Source of the DNA: Acidimicrobiales bacterium
GTDB taxonomy: Bacteria; Actinomycetota; Acidimicrobiia; Acidimicrobiales; Bog-793
Assembly: GCA_050008715.1 (NCBI GenBank)
Contig: JBEKMC010000012.1
Location: 5,834-69,833, forward strand
Reading direction: 5' to 3'
DNA length: 64,000 nucleotides
Of the stretch, positions 47,252 through 56,645 are shown one piece after another. Every line of letters begins with the position of its first letter. Within the stretch, counting starts at the first letter, position 1. Position numbers and translations under genes: made by a program. The notes under the pieces are model-generated. The model did not search any database, was not told where the DNA came from, and saw only the letters and a list, made by a program, of their open reading frames with translations.

Positions 47252-48010
47252 ATGGCCAACACGACCCGAACCGAGTCCATCTCGACGCCCGACGGCTCCT
47301 ACGACGCCTTCACCGTCGTGCCGGAAGAGCCGAACGGAGCAGGGATCGTCCTGTTGCAGGAGATTTTCGGCGTCGGCGAGTTCCTGCAGGACCGTGCGCA
47401 GGCGTTGGCGGGCGAGGGCTACGTGGTCCTCTGTCCGGACGTCTTCTGGCGAGTCGAGCGGAACGTCGCCCTGCCGCACGACGAGCAGAGCCTCGCCACG
47501 GCCTTCGGTTTCGCGCAGCGATTCTCAGAGATCGACCCTGCCGTCACGGCCGCCGACCTCACGGCCGCCCTTGACCACCTGAAGCGGCTGCCGGAAGTCA
47601 CCGGCCTCGTCGGCGCCATGGGTTACTGCCTCGGTGGACGGCTCGCCTATGAGCTGGCCGTGGCATCGGATCCCGCCTGCTGCGTGTCCTACTACGGCTC
47701 CGGCGTCGCCGGCCGGCTCGACGTCGCGCAGGAGATCTCCTGCCCGGTGCTATTTCACTTCGGGGGAGCCGACCCGTACATCCCGGCAGAGGACGTGGAG
47801 CAGATCGAGCAGGCCTTCAGTTCCCGTGACGACGTCGAGGTGCACGTGCAAAGCGAGGCGGGGCACGCCTTCGAGAACAGCTTCTCGGCGCAGTTCTCGA
47901 ACCCGACGGCTACGAAGGAATCGTGGCCCATCACCGTGGCATGGCTGGCCCGCTGGCTGACGGGCAGCGCTGCCGGCGGAGCCGGAGCCGGAGCCGGCGA
48001 GCGGGCCTAG
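47252..48010 (+). CDS. Dienelactone-hydrolase-family protein
   Basis: 'GIVLLQEIFGV', nucleophile elbow 'GYCLGG', 'HFGGADPYIP'. Confidence 0.85.
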   Translation: MANTTRTESISTPDGSYDAFTVVPEEPNGAGIVLLQEIFGVGEFLQDRAQALAGEGYVVLCPDVFWRVERNVALPHDEQSLATAFGFAQRFSEIDPAVTAADLTAALDHLKRLPEVTGLVGAMGYCLGGRLAYELAVASDPACCVSYYGSGVAGRLDVAQEISCPVLFHFGGADPYIPAEDVEQIEQAFSSRDDVEVHVQSEAGHAFENSFSAQFSNPTATKESWPITVAWLARWLTGSAAGGAGAGAGERA

Positions 48011-48019
48011 GCCCGCTCG

Positions 48020-48080
48020 GCAACTTCGTGCACAGGGTGACCGGGTAGGGGGTGGCCCGGTGATTCCGTGCACTCGGTTC
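48020..48080 (+). repeat. Copy A of a ~60-nt structured intergenic element (GCAACTTCGTGCAC ... GCACNNGGTTC)
   Basis: Shares an identical 14-mer, an inner ACCGG-TA-GGGG-CCGGT hairpin and a 3' GCAC..GGTTC with 61333-61393. The outer 5'/3' segments are complementary. Confidence 0.6.
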
Positions 48081-48305
48081 AACTGAAACCGGGCTCGGGC
48101 GGCGGCCGGCACCGCCGGCCGACGGGTCCGGGGTCCGGCTACCGCGCGAGGGGGATCGGGGTAGCCGGACTCCCGGCCCAGAGGGTGCCTGAGCACCCGC
48201 CTATTACTACTTAGTTTGTCGCTTTAGTAGCTTATGACGCCCAGCCGGGCAGTGCAAGGCAACACCGTGGTGCGCGGGCCGGTTCAGGCGGTAGAAACAT
48301 CTGGC

Positions 48306-49490
48306 ATGACCGACATCCAGTCGCTCTCCGCCCGAGAGGCCCGGCGAATCGCCTTGCACGCTCAGGGGTTGCTCGGCCCGCGAATCAGCGGCGGTCCGGC
48401 GGAGATGCTCCGGCACCTGCGAGCGGTCCAGATCGACACGATCTCCGTGCTGGCACGCTCCCATGAGCTCGTCGCCTACGCCCGCCTCGGATCGGTCGAT
48501 CGCCGGACGATCGAAGCGGCATATTGGGCGGGTCCACCTTTCGGCGCCTTCGAATACTGGGCTCATGCAGCCTGTGTGCTGCCGATGGAGGATTGGCCCT
48601 ACTACGAGTTCCGCCGGGAAGCTGCGCGCGCCCGGGGGCGGCGGTGGCACCACCTCGAGGATGCGGACCGGTCGCTCAAGGCCGTCCGTGATCGCCTCAC
48701 GGCCGACGGGCCGCTGACGGCGAACGAGCTCGGTGGCGCGAAGAAGGGCGGCCCATGGTGGGACTGGTCCGAGACGAAGATCGCCGTCGAGTGGCTGCTC
48801 GACGTCGGCGACGTCGTGTGCGCGCAGCGGCGCGGTTTCCAACGGGTCTACGACCTGCCCGAGCGAGCCGTCCCCGCCGAGCTCCGAAGCGCTCCCGCGA
48901 CAAGGGACGACCAGATGCGACACCTGCTGACACGAGCGGCCGCCGCCCTCGGCGCCGCCACTGTCCGGGACTTCGCCACCTACTGCGGCCTCAAGAGCCC
49001 GGACGTGGCGCGCCTCGTCGGCGACCTCGGACTCGTGCCCGTCTCGGTGCAGGGTTGGGGACCGCCGGCCTGGGCGAGCACGGCACACCTCGAGGCGGGC
49101 ACCACTGGCCTGCGCTCCCGGCCCACACTCGTGTCGCCGTTCGACTCGCTCGTCTGGGACCGCGACCGCACCGAACGGGTCTTCGGCTTCCGCCACCGCC
49201 TCGAGGCGTACACGCCGAAGCCGAAGCGCGTGCACGGCTACTTCTCCATGCCGCTCATCGTCGGCGACTCGCTCGTCGGACGCGTCGACCCCGGCCGGGA
49301 GGGCACGACCTTCGTCGCCAAGGGAGTTCACCTGGAGCCGGACGCGAAAGCTACGGCTGTCCGCGGTCTGGCCACCGCGCTGCGCGAGGCCGCTTCCTGG
49401 GTCGGTTGCGACGACATCCGGATCGACTGGGTGACACCTGACGACAAGCGCGACGAAGTGCTCGGTGCCGTCGCCGCCGTCACAGCCTGA
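48306..49490 (+). CDS. YcaQ/AlkZ-family winged-helix protein (interstrand-crosslink DNA glycosylase family)
   Basis: ATG 48306. 'ARRIALHAQGL', 'LRAVQIDTISV', 'FEYWAHAAC', 'HGYFSMP'. Confidence 0.75.
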   Translation: MTDIQSLSAREARRIALHAQGLLGPRISGGPAEMLRHLRAVQIDTISVLARSHELVAYARLGSVDRRTIEAAYWAGPPFGAFEYWAHAACVLPMEDWPYYEFRREAARARGRRWHHLEDADRSLKAVRDRLTADGPLTANELGGAKKGGPWWDWSETKIAVEWLLDVGDVVCAQRRGFQRVYDLPERAVPAELRSAPATRDDQMRHLLTRAAAALGAATVRDFATYCGLKSPDVARLVGDLGLVPVSVQGWGPPAWASTAHLEAGTTGLRSRPTLVSPFDSLVWDRDRTERVFGFRHRLEAYTPKPKRVHGYFSMPLIVGDSLVGRVDPGREGTTFVAKGVHLEPDAKATAVRGLATALREAASWVGCDDIRIDWVTPDDKRDEVLGAVAAVTA

Positions 49491-49548
49491 CCCTCGGTCG
49501 ATCCGACGCCCGCCGGAACTGGGAACCGCTCGCCTCAGACCGAGGGCG

Positions 49549-50073
49549 TCACTGCCCCATGCTGAAGGTGAACATCTTGTCGGCCACGACGCGCGCCCCG
49601 ATCGGGTTGGCTCCGTCGAGCCAGATCTCGAACTCCGGCCCTTGCTTGGGTAGGTAGTTGTCGAGCATCGCCTGGCGCAGCTCACCGTGCGCCGGGTCCA
49701 ACACGTCGAAGAGCTCAGCCTGGCCGTGCACGGTGACGGCGAGATCCTCGGAGGGTAGATGCGTGGCGCTCACCGCCGGCCGGGCGGCGAGGTGACGCAT
49801 GCGCACCGAGTCCCGGCTCGAGCTGAAGCAGAAGGATCCGTGCAGCAGATAGGCATCGACCGGGCCGACTAGGGGCCGGCCGTCAGCCGTCACGGTGGCG
49901 ACGACGAGCAGGCACATTCCTTGCAGCCGCTCGGAGAGCTGCTCGGCGGTGAGACGGCGATCGTCGCTGATGATGTCCCGCAGGTGCGGCCCGGCTCCGG
50001 CGGCACTCTCGTCGAGAAGCTGCTGCAGCCGCTGCATCTCCTCGGTTGTCTCGAGCATGCGCCATTCCACCAC
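49549..50073 (-). CDS. Pyridoxamine-5'-phosphate-oxidase-fold (FMN/F420 split-barrel) protein
   Basis: 174 aa. 'CLLVVATVTADGRPLVGPVD' and the strand pattern are typical of the PPOX family. Confidence 0.65.
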   Translation of the reverse strand: MVEWRMLETTEEMQRLQQLLDESAAGAGPHLRDIISDDRRLTAEQLSERLQGMCLLVVATVTADGRPLVGPVDAYLLHGSFCFSSSRDSVRMRHLAARPAVSATHLPSEDLAVTVHGQAELFDVLDPAHGELRQAMLDNYLPKQGPEFEIWLDGANPIGARVVADKMFTFSMGQ

Positions 50074-50181
50074 ATCACGGTCGCCGCGGAGGCCGGCGTC
50101 ATGCCGTCGGCGCGACGGCTCGGCGAGGCCGTGTTCGCCGGCCTGTTCGCCGGCAGCCTGACACCGAGCCGATCGCTCGCC

Positions 50182-50985
50182 TCAGCCGACGAGCTGAGGG
50201 ATGACCTCGCTGATCGATCCGCGCACGACGGCGTCCGCGAGGTCGTCGCAGGCGGTCGGGCTGCCGTTCACGATGACGACGGCCTTGCCAAGGTGACGGG
50301 CGAGCGGCACGACGCCGGCGATGGGCTGAACCTCGAGCGTCGTCCCGACGGCGAGCAACAGGTCGCACTCCGTGGCCGCCAGCTGCGAGCGCTCGAGATC
50401 ATCCCAGTCGAGCGACTGCCCGAAACTCACCGTCGCCGTCTTCAGAACCCCCCCGCACAGCCGGTCTTCACGACGTCCGGAGTCACCCGCCGGGCGCTCG
50501 CAGTGGGGATCCTCGTCGCCGGAGCGAACGCGTGCCAGCACCACACGGGTCGGTAGTCGGTCACCGCAGGACCAGCAGACGCATTCGTGCGCCGTGCCGT
50601 GGATCTCCACGAGCCGCTCCGGCGAGGTCCCGGCCAGGCGGTGGAGACCATCTGTGTTCTGCGTCACGAGCGTGTGCAGGCGCCCCTGCCGCTCGAGGTC
50701 GACGAGGGCAGCGTGAGCCGCAGTGGGCACGGCATCCCACACGGGCGACTCGAGCCGCGAGCGCCAGGCAGCTCGCCGCACCTCGGCATCCTCGAGGTAG
50801 TGGCGCAACGTTGCCATGCGCTCAGCCCCGGGGTTGCGTGTCCAGATGCCGTCCGGCCCGCGGAAGTCCGGGATGCCGGCGTCGGTCGAGATGCCGGCGC
50901 CCGTGAGCACGACGACGGACGAGGCGCCGGCGACAAGGGCTGCGGCACGAGCGACGACATCCGGATCAGGGGCTTCGAGGAGCAC
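50182..50985 (-). CDS. cobB: Sir2-family NAD-dependent protein deacylase
   Basis: 'GAGISTDAGIPDFRG', 'TQNTDGLH', 'EIHG'. Zn site 'CWSC...C-x16-CGG'. Confidence 0.9.
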   Translation of the reverse strand: MLLEAPDPDVVARAAALVAGASSVVVLTGAGISTDAGIPDFRGPDGIWTRNPGAERMATLRHYLEDAEVRRAAWRSRLESPVWDAVPTAAHAALVDLERQGRLHTLVTQNTDGLHRLAGTSPERLVEIHGTAHECVCWSCGDRLPTRVVLARVRSGDEDPHCERPAGDSGRREDRLCGGVLKTATVSFGQSLDWDDLERSQLAATECDLLLAVGTTLEVQPIAGVVPLARHLGKAVVIVNGSPTACDDLADAVVRGSISEVIPQLVG

Positions 50986-51026
50986 CTACCCAGGTTCGCG
51001 CGCCCGAGCCGTTACCGTCGCAGGTC

Positions 51027-51845
51027 GTGGACAGACACGTCACCGAGTACGCGGTCGCCGACCGCATCGCCACGATCACCCTCACGCGCCCGGCGCGGCT
51101 CAACGCCTGGACCGGGCGCATGAGCTTCGAGTACCGGACGGCCCTCGCCGAGGCGTCCGCCGACGAGAACGTACGGGTGATCGTCGTCACAGGGGCGGGG
51201 AGAGCCTTCTGCTCGGGCGCCGACAGCGAGGCGTTGCTGGGTTTCCTCGAGCGGGGTGACTACTCATCGGGGCTGCCGGAGGATCCGCCCTCTCCCGGCT
51301 ACGGGGTGCGAGCCGAGTACGACGCCGATCTCGCCTACCACCTCGCCATCGAGAAACCCATCATCGCCTCCGTGAACGGCCCCGCCGCCGGTCTCGGTTT
51401 TGCGTTGATGTGTTATTGCGACGTCCGTTTTGCTGCGGCGGGCGCCAAGCTCACGACTGCACACGGTCGCCTCGGCCTGCCGGCCGAGTTCGGGCTGTCC
51501 TGGCTGCTTCCTCGCCTCATCGGGCTCGGTCGTGCCACCGACGTCCTGCTGTCCAGCCGGATCTTCCTCGCCGAGGAGGCGCTCGAGATGGGACTCGTGA
51601 GCGCCGTCGTGCCGGCCGACGAGCTGGACGCCCATGTGACGACGTACGCACAGTACCTGGCCAACAACGTCTCGCCATCCTCCATCGCCGTCACGAAACG
51701 CCAGATCTACCGCGACCTCCTCGACACGGGCGGCCCGGCGGCTGCCATCGCCGACGCCGAGACGCTCATGTCCACCATGATGGGTGCTGCGGACTACCGC
51801 GAAGGCGTGGCCGCCCTGCGGGAGAAGCGGCCCGGACGGTTCTGA
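51027..51845 (+). CDS. Enoyl-CoA hydratase/isomerase (crotonase) family protein
   Basis: GTG start. 'VIVVTGAGRAFCSGAD' and 'ASVNGPAAGLGFAL'. Confidence 0.9.
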   Translation: MDRHVTEYAVADRIATITLTRPARLNAWTGRMSFEYRTALAEASADENVRVIVVTGAGRAFCSGADSEALLGFLERGDYSSGLPEDPPSPGYGVRAEYDADLAYHLAIEKPIIASVNGPAAGLGFALMCYCDVRFAAAGAKLTTAHGRLGLPAEFGLSWLLPRLIGLGRATDVLLSSRIFLAEEALEMGLVSAVVPADELDAHVTTYAQYLANNVSPSSIAVTKRQIYRDLLDTGGPAAAIADAETLMSTMMGAADYREGVAALREKRPGRF

Positions 51846-51875
51846 GCCAGGCTGCGGGCCGTCGCCGGCGGCGGC

Positions 51876-51918
51876 GCTGCTGGGCGGCTCGCTGCTGGGC
51901 GGCGGTACCTGCTGGGCG

Positions 51919-51919
<1 letters not shown>
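51876..51919. repeat. Degenerate tandem repeat GCTGCTGGGCGGC (x2 at 15-bp spacing, third partial copy)
   Basis: Read directly, in the convergent intergenic region. The third, partial copy ends at 51919, the first base of the MBL stop codon. Confidence 0.7.
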
Positions 51920-52872
<953 letters not shown>

Positions 52873-52935
52873 GACCGAGACTCTCTCACGAGCCGGTGCC
52901 GGCGCCAAGGGCCGGCGGGCGCCCGAGGCCTTGGG

Positions 52936-53907
52936 TCAGAGAAGGCCGGCCGCCAGCTCCTCGGGGGCGATCGACCCGGCGGGCGTCCGGTCGCGGGCCA
53001 TACGGTTGGCGATGGCCTGCAGGCGCTCGTTCACCGGCGTGGGCACGCCGTGCAGCCGACCGAGCAGCACGATCTCGCCATTCAGCCAGTCGGCCTCGAT
53101 GTTGCCGGTCCCGCGTTCGAGGCTTTGCCACGAAGAACCGCCCTGCCGGCTCGTCCTGCCGACCGGTAGAACGAGACCGCGCATCGCCCGCCGCTCCGCT
53201 TCCACCGTCTCGTCCGCCACCTCGATGCCGGCGGCTGCGTAACAAGCGCGGGCCTCAGCCCTGGCTGCCTTTGCAAGCTGGGTCGTCACCGGATGCTCGG
53301 CAGTGCCACAGGCGGCTTGGATGGAATTGGCCAGGTTGCTGAGCAACTTGAGGTACTTGTTCGCCATGACGTCCTGCGTCGCCCGGGCATCGAAACCGCT
53401 CGCAGACAGGTCGGCCGCGATCTGCTCCGCCAGCATGTCGCTGCCGTGCGGGTAGCGCCCGAGGTCGAGAATCCCCCAGATCGGCGCCGTCGAGATCTCG
53501 ACGACGCCCGGTTCGAGATGGGTGCCGGCGAGGATGACTCGCATCCCGTAGGTGTTGGCAAAGCGTCGCGCAGCCAGGCGCTCGTTCTCGACGCCATTCT
53601 GAGCACACACGACGGCGAGGCCGGCGGGCCCGTTGACGGCGAGGCCGGCGAGGAGGGCCTCGGAGTGCTGGCTCTTCGTGGCGAGGATGACGACGTCGTC
53701 CGGGCGGAGCCCAGCGGCCTCCGCACTCGGGAACGCCTCGATCGGCAGCCTGACGGTCGCCTCGGGATCACGAAGCTCGAGACCCCCGGAACGGATGGCG
53801 TCCAGGTGGGGTCCGCGGGCGATGAGTCCGACGTCGTGCCCTTGTTGGAACAAGCGGCCGCCGATGGCGCCACCGATGGCGCCGGCGCCGAGGATGAGAT
53901 AGCGCAT
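52936..53907 (-). CDS. Ketopantoate-reductase (PanE/ApbA) family oxidoreductase
   Basis: ATG 53907. 'ILGAGAIGGAIGG', 'LATKS', 'NKYLKLLSNL', 'SSWQSLERG'. Confidence 0.8.
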   Translation of the reverse strand: MRYLILGAGAIGGAIGGRLFQQGHDVGLIARGPHLDAIRSGGLELRDPEATVRLPIEAFPSAEAAGLRPDDVVILATKSQHSEALLAGLAVNGPAGLAVVCAQNGVENERLAARRFANTYGMRVILAGTHLEPGVVEISTAPIWGILDLGRYPHGSDMLAEQIAADLSASGFDARATQDVMANKYLKLLSNLANSIQAACGTAEHPVTTQLAKAARAEARACYAAAGIEVADETVEAERRAMRGLVLPVGRTSRQGGSSWQSLERGTGNIEADWLNGEIVLLGRLHGVPTPVNERLQAIANRMARDRTPAGSIAPEELAAGLL

Positions 53908-53924
53908 CACGCCAGTATGGTGCC

Positions 53925-53990
53925 GGCCGCCTGTCGGTCCGGCCGCCTGTCGGTCCGGCCACCTGTCAGTCAGCCGCCTGTCAGTCAGCC
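53925..53990. repeat. 15-16-bp tandem repeat GGCCGCCTGTCGGTCC / GCC(A/G)CCTGTCAGTCA, ~4 copies
   Basis: Read directly. Two identical 16-mers (53925, 53941), then two variant copies (53957, 53973). It fills most of the space between the dtd stop and the panE-like start. Confidence 0.9.
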
Positions 53991-54013
53991 GCACGCACGA
54001 GGGCGAGCGCTTG

Positions 54014-54460
54014 TCACGCCTCGATCTCGAGCAGAACCGTCACGGGGCCGTCGTTGGCGAGCTCGACGAGCATGTCGGCCCCGAATCGCCCCGTCGATAC
54101 GGTGGCGCCAAGGCTGCGCAGTTCGGCCACGACGAGATCGACGAGCGGTTCGGCGACCGGCCCGGGCGCCGCCGCCACCCAGGACGGGCGTCGCCCCTTG
54201 CTCGTGTCGCCGTAGAGGGTGAACTGGCTCACCACGAGCAGCGGTGCGCCCAGCTCCGCGCACGACCGGTTCATCCGGCCGCCTTCGTCGGCGAGGATCC
54301 GCAAGTTCCACAACCGGGACGCAAGGGAACGTGCCGTGGCCGCCGTGTCGGTGTGGGTTGCGCCGACGAGCACACACAGGCCGGGGCGATCGAGAGAGCC
54401 GACCACCTCGCCCGAGACCGTCACCCGAGCCCTCGTGACGCGTTGGACGACAGCCCTCAC
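54014..54460 (-). CDS. dtd: D-aminoacyl-tRNA deacylase
   Basis: GTG 54460 (GTGA overlap). 'RAVVQRV', 'SQFTLYGD', 'GRRPS'. Confidence 0.9.
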   Translation of the reverse strand: MRAVVQRVTRARVTVSGEVVGSLDRPGLCVLVGATHTDTAATARSLASRLWNLRILADEGGRMNRSCAELGAPLLVVSQFTLYGDTSKGRRPSWVAAAPGPVAEPLVDLVVAELRSLGATVSTGRFGADMLVELANDGPVTVLLEIEA

Positions 54461-55149
54461 GCGGTCACGGCCTCCGAACCGGCCCGCAAGAGGCCGCTGC
54501 CGCACGTCTGGCCACTCAGGTAGCTCGGCAGCCGGACGCCTTCTGCCAGATCGTCGGAGTCGATCGGAGTCCCCCAGTGCGCCACGATCGGGCGCACGCC
54601 GGCCCAGACATCGAGCCCGAGGTCGGCCTCGTCGTCGAGCGGGGAGCCAGAGCGCACCTTGGCGGCGACATCAGTCAGCGGCAGCTCCAGCAACGCCGTC
54701 TTGCGGAGCTCGTCGGGGCGGGGACTGCGCGCCTCGTCATTGCGCCCCGGCACGAGCTTGTCCATCAAGGCGGCGAGGACCGCCTCCTTGCGGGCCTCCT
54801 CCGGCACCAGGACGGCCTCGCCGTGAGCGACGACACAGCGGTAGTTGGCGGAATGGCTGAACGCCGAGCGGGCGAGCACGAGGCCGTCGATCAGCGTGAC
54901 CTCGAAGCTCACCGGGAGACGGCGGCCGCCTTTGGCCAAGCGGGCGAAGTGCGCACCCGTCGAGCCGTGCAGGTAGACCGACGTCCCCACGCGCACGAAC
55001 AGCATCGGCAAGACCTGTGGTCGCCCGTCGTCGACGAAGGCGAGATGCCCGATGATCGCCTCGTCGAGGATCGAGTCCACGACGTGGTCGTCCCAGCTCG
55101 CCCGTTCCTTGTGACGAGAGGGCGTCGTGGTGTCGCTGGTCTGGTACAT
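54457..55149 (-). CDS. Pyridoxamine-5'-phosphate-oxidase-family flavoprotein (Pyridox_ox_2-like)
   Basis: 230 aa. '[37 protein letters not shown]'. Confidence 0.7.
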   Translation of the reverse strand: MYQTSDTTTPSRHKERASWDDHVVDSILDEAIIGHLAFVDDGRPQVLPMLFVRVGTSVYLHGSTGAHFARLAKGGRRLPVSFEVTLIDGLVLARSAFSHSANYRCVVAHGEAVLVPEEARKEAVLAALMDKLVPGRNDEARSPRPDELRKTALLELPLTDVAAKVRSGSPLDDEADLGLDVWAGVRPIVAHWGTPIDSDDLAEGVRLPSYLSGQTCGSGLLRAGSEAVTA

Positions 55150-55209
55150 GTTCGTCCTCCGGATCGCCGGCTTGTCGTTCCATCTATGTACTGATACAAT
55201 ACCGCGTCT

Positions 55210-56553
55210 GTGACGCTACAATCCTACATCACCGGCCGGACAGCAGCCGAGCTGGCGGAGTCCATCGAACAGTCGATCCGCGATGGCCGGCTCCCGGCCG
55301 GCGACACGCTGCCGCCGATCCGACAGCTGGCCGAGTCCCTCGGGCTGAGCGCCGGCACGGTGGCGTCGGCCTATCGCGTGCTGAACACTCGCGGGCTCAC
55401 GTCCTCGGACCGGCGCCGTGGGACTTGGGTCCGTGAGCTCCGCAAGGGAGAGCTCGCCCCGATACGCCAGGCGATCCAGGTGCCGGACGGCGTCACCGAC
55501 TGCTCGAGCGGCAACCCCGACGCTCGCCTGCTACCCGACCCGATCGCCGTCCTCGCCGGGCTGTCCTACGAGCCGGCGGTCTACGGTTCCACCGTTGCCC
55601 ATCCGGGTTTCCTCGCAGAAGCGAGACGACGGCTCGGCGACGACGGGGTGCCGAGCGAGCATGCCACGGTGAGCTTCGGGGCTCTCGACGCCATCAGCCG
55701 TGCGCTCGTCTCCAACCTTGTCCCCGGGGACCGGGTCGCACTGGAGGATCCGGGCTGGGCGGCGCTCATCGATCTCGTGGAGCGCCTCGGCTACCTGCCC
55801 GTTCCCGTGCCGGTCGATCCCGAGGGCCCAACAGTCGAGGGCGTGTGGCAGGCGCTCGCCGCCGGCGCCCAGGCCGTCGTCGTGACCGCCAGGGCGCAGA
55901 ACCCCACGGGGGCGGCCATCTCGGCGCAGCGAGCGGAGGATCTTCGCGCCGTCTTTGCCCGTTACCCCGGTCGCCTCGTGATCGAGGACGACCACGCCTG
56001 CGGCCTCGTCGAGCTCCCGCTCTCCGTCGTCGCCGGCCCGACCGGCCGCTATGCCTTCGTCCGGTCGCTCGCAAAGGGATACGGTGCGGACCTGCGCCTC
56101 GCCGTCGTGGCCGGAGACGCCACGACGATCGGCCGGCTCGAGTCGTCCATCGTCACCGGCGTGGGCTGGGTCAGTCATCTCGTGCAGCAGATCGCCCTCG
56201 CGCTCTGGTTGGATCCCCGCGTGGCGGTGCAGCTGGAGGAGGCTTCGGCCACCTACCGGGCACGGCGCTCAGGGTTGTGCGCCGAGCTTGCGGATCGCGG
56301 CATCGACGTGACGGCGCCCACCGGCCTCAACGTCTGGGTCCCGGTCGACGACGAAGCGACGGCGGTGAGCGCTCTGCTGGCTCAAGGGTGGTTGGTGGCG
56401 CCCGGCGGGCGATTCCGCATCGTTTCCCCGCCGGCGATCCGGGTCACGACGGCTGCCCTGCCGGCGGAGCGGGCGGCGGCATGCGCCGACGCAGTCGCGC
56501 TTGCTCGTGCGGCGTCGAGGTCGAAGGGCCGGCGCTCCGGCTCGGGGGGCTGA
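55210..56553 (+). CDS. MocR-family regulator (GntR wHTH + class-I aminotransferase-fold domain)
   Basis: GTG start. 'LPPIRQLAESLGLSAGTVASAYRVL' plus a PLP-domain with 'SLAKGYGADLRL'. Confidence 0.85.
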   Translation: MTLQSYITGRTAAELAESIEQSIRDGRLPAGDTLPPIRQLAESLGLSAGTVASAYRVLNTRGLTSSDRRRGTWVRELRKGELAPIRQAIQVPDGVTDCSSGNPDARLLPDPIAVLAGLSYEPAVYGSTVAHPGFLAEARRRLGDDGVPSEHATVSFGALDAISRALVSNLVPGDRVALEDPGWAALIDLVERLGYLPVPVPVDPEGPTVEGVWQALAAGAQAVVVTARAQNPTGAAISAQRAEDLRAVFARYPGRLVIEDDHACGLVELPLSVVAGPTGRYAFVRSLAKGYGADLRLAVVAGDATTIGRLESSIVTGVGWVSHLVQQIALALWLDPRVAVQLEEASATYRARRSGLCAELADRGIDVTAPTGLNVWVPVDDEATAVSALLAQGWLVAPGGRFRIVSPPAIRVTTAALPAERAAACADAVALARAASRSKGRRSGSGG

Positions 56554-56611
56554 GCACCCGAGGCCGTCGGCGCCGCTCCGTGTGCCCTTGCGGACTGCGG
56601 CGGTTTGATCT

Positions 56612-56641
56612 ACCCTTCCACTAACTCATTAGTGGAAGGGT
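56612..56641. promoter_or_regulatory. Perfect 13+4+13 palindrome ACCCTTCCACTAA-CTCA-TTAGTGGAAGGGT
   Basis: Read directly. It ends 5 nt before ATG 56646 and covers GTG 56640 and the purine-rich SD-like GGAAGGG. Confidence 0.6.
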
Positions 56642-56645
56642 GGTT

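Noticed and set aside
48081-48095. GGTTCAACTGAAACC as a BioQ-type (TGAAC-N3-GTTCA) or LexA-type operator
   Set aside because: Half-site orientation and spacing do not fit either consensus, and no biotin or SOS gene is adjacent.
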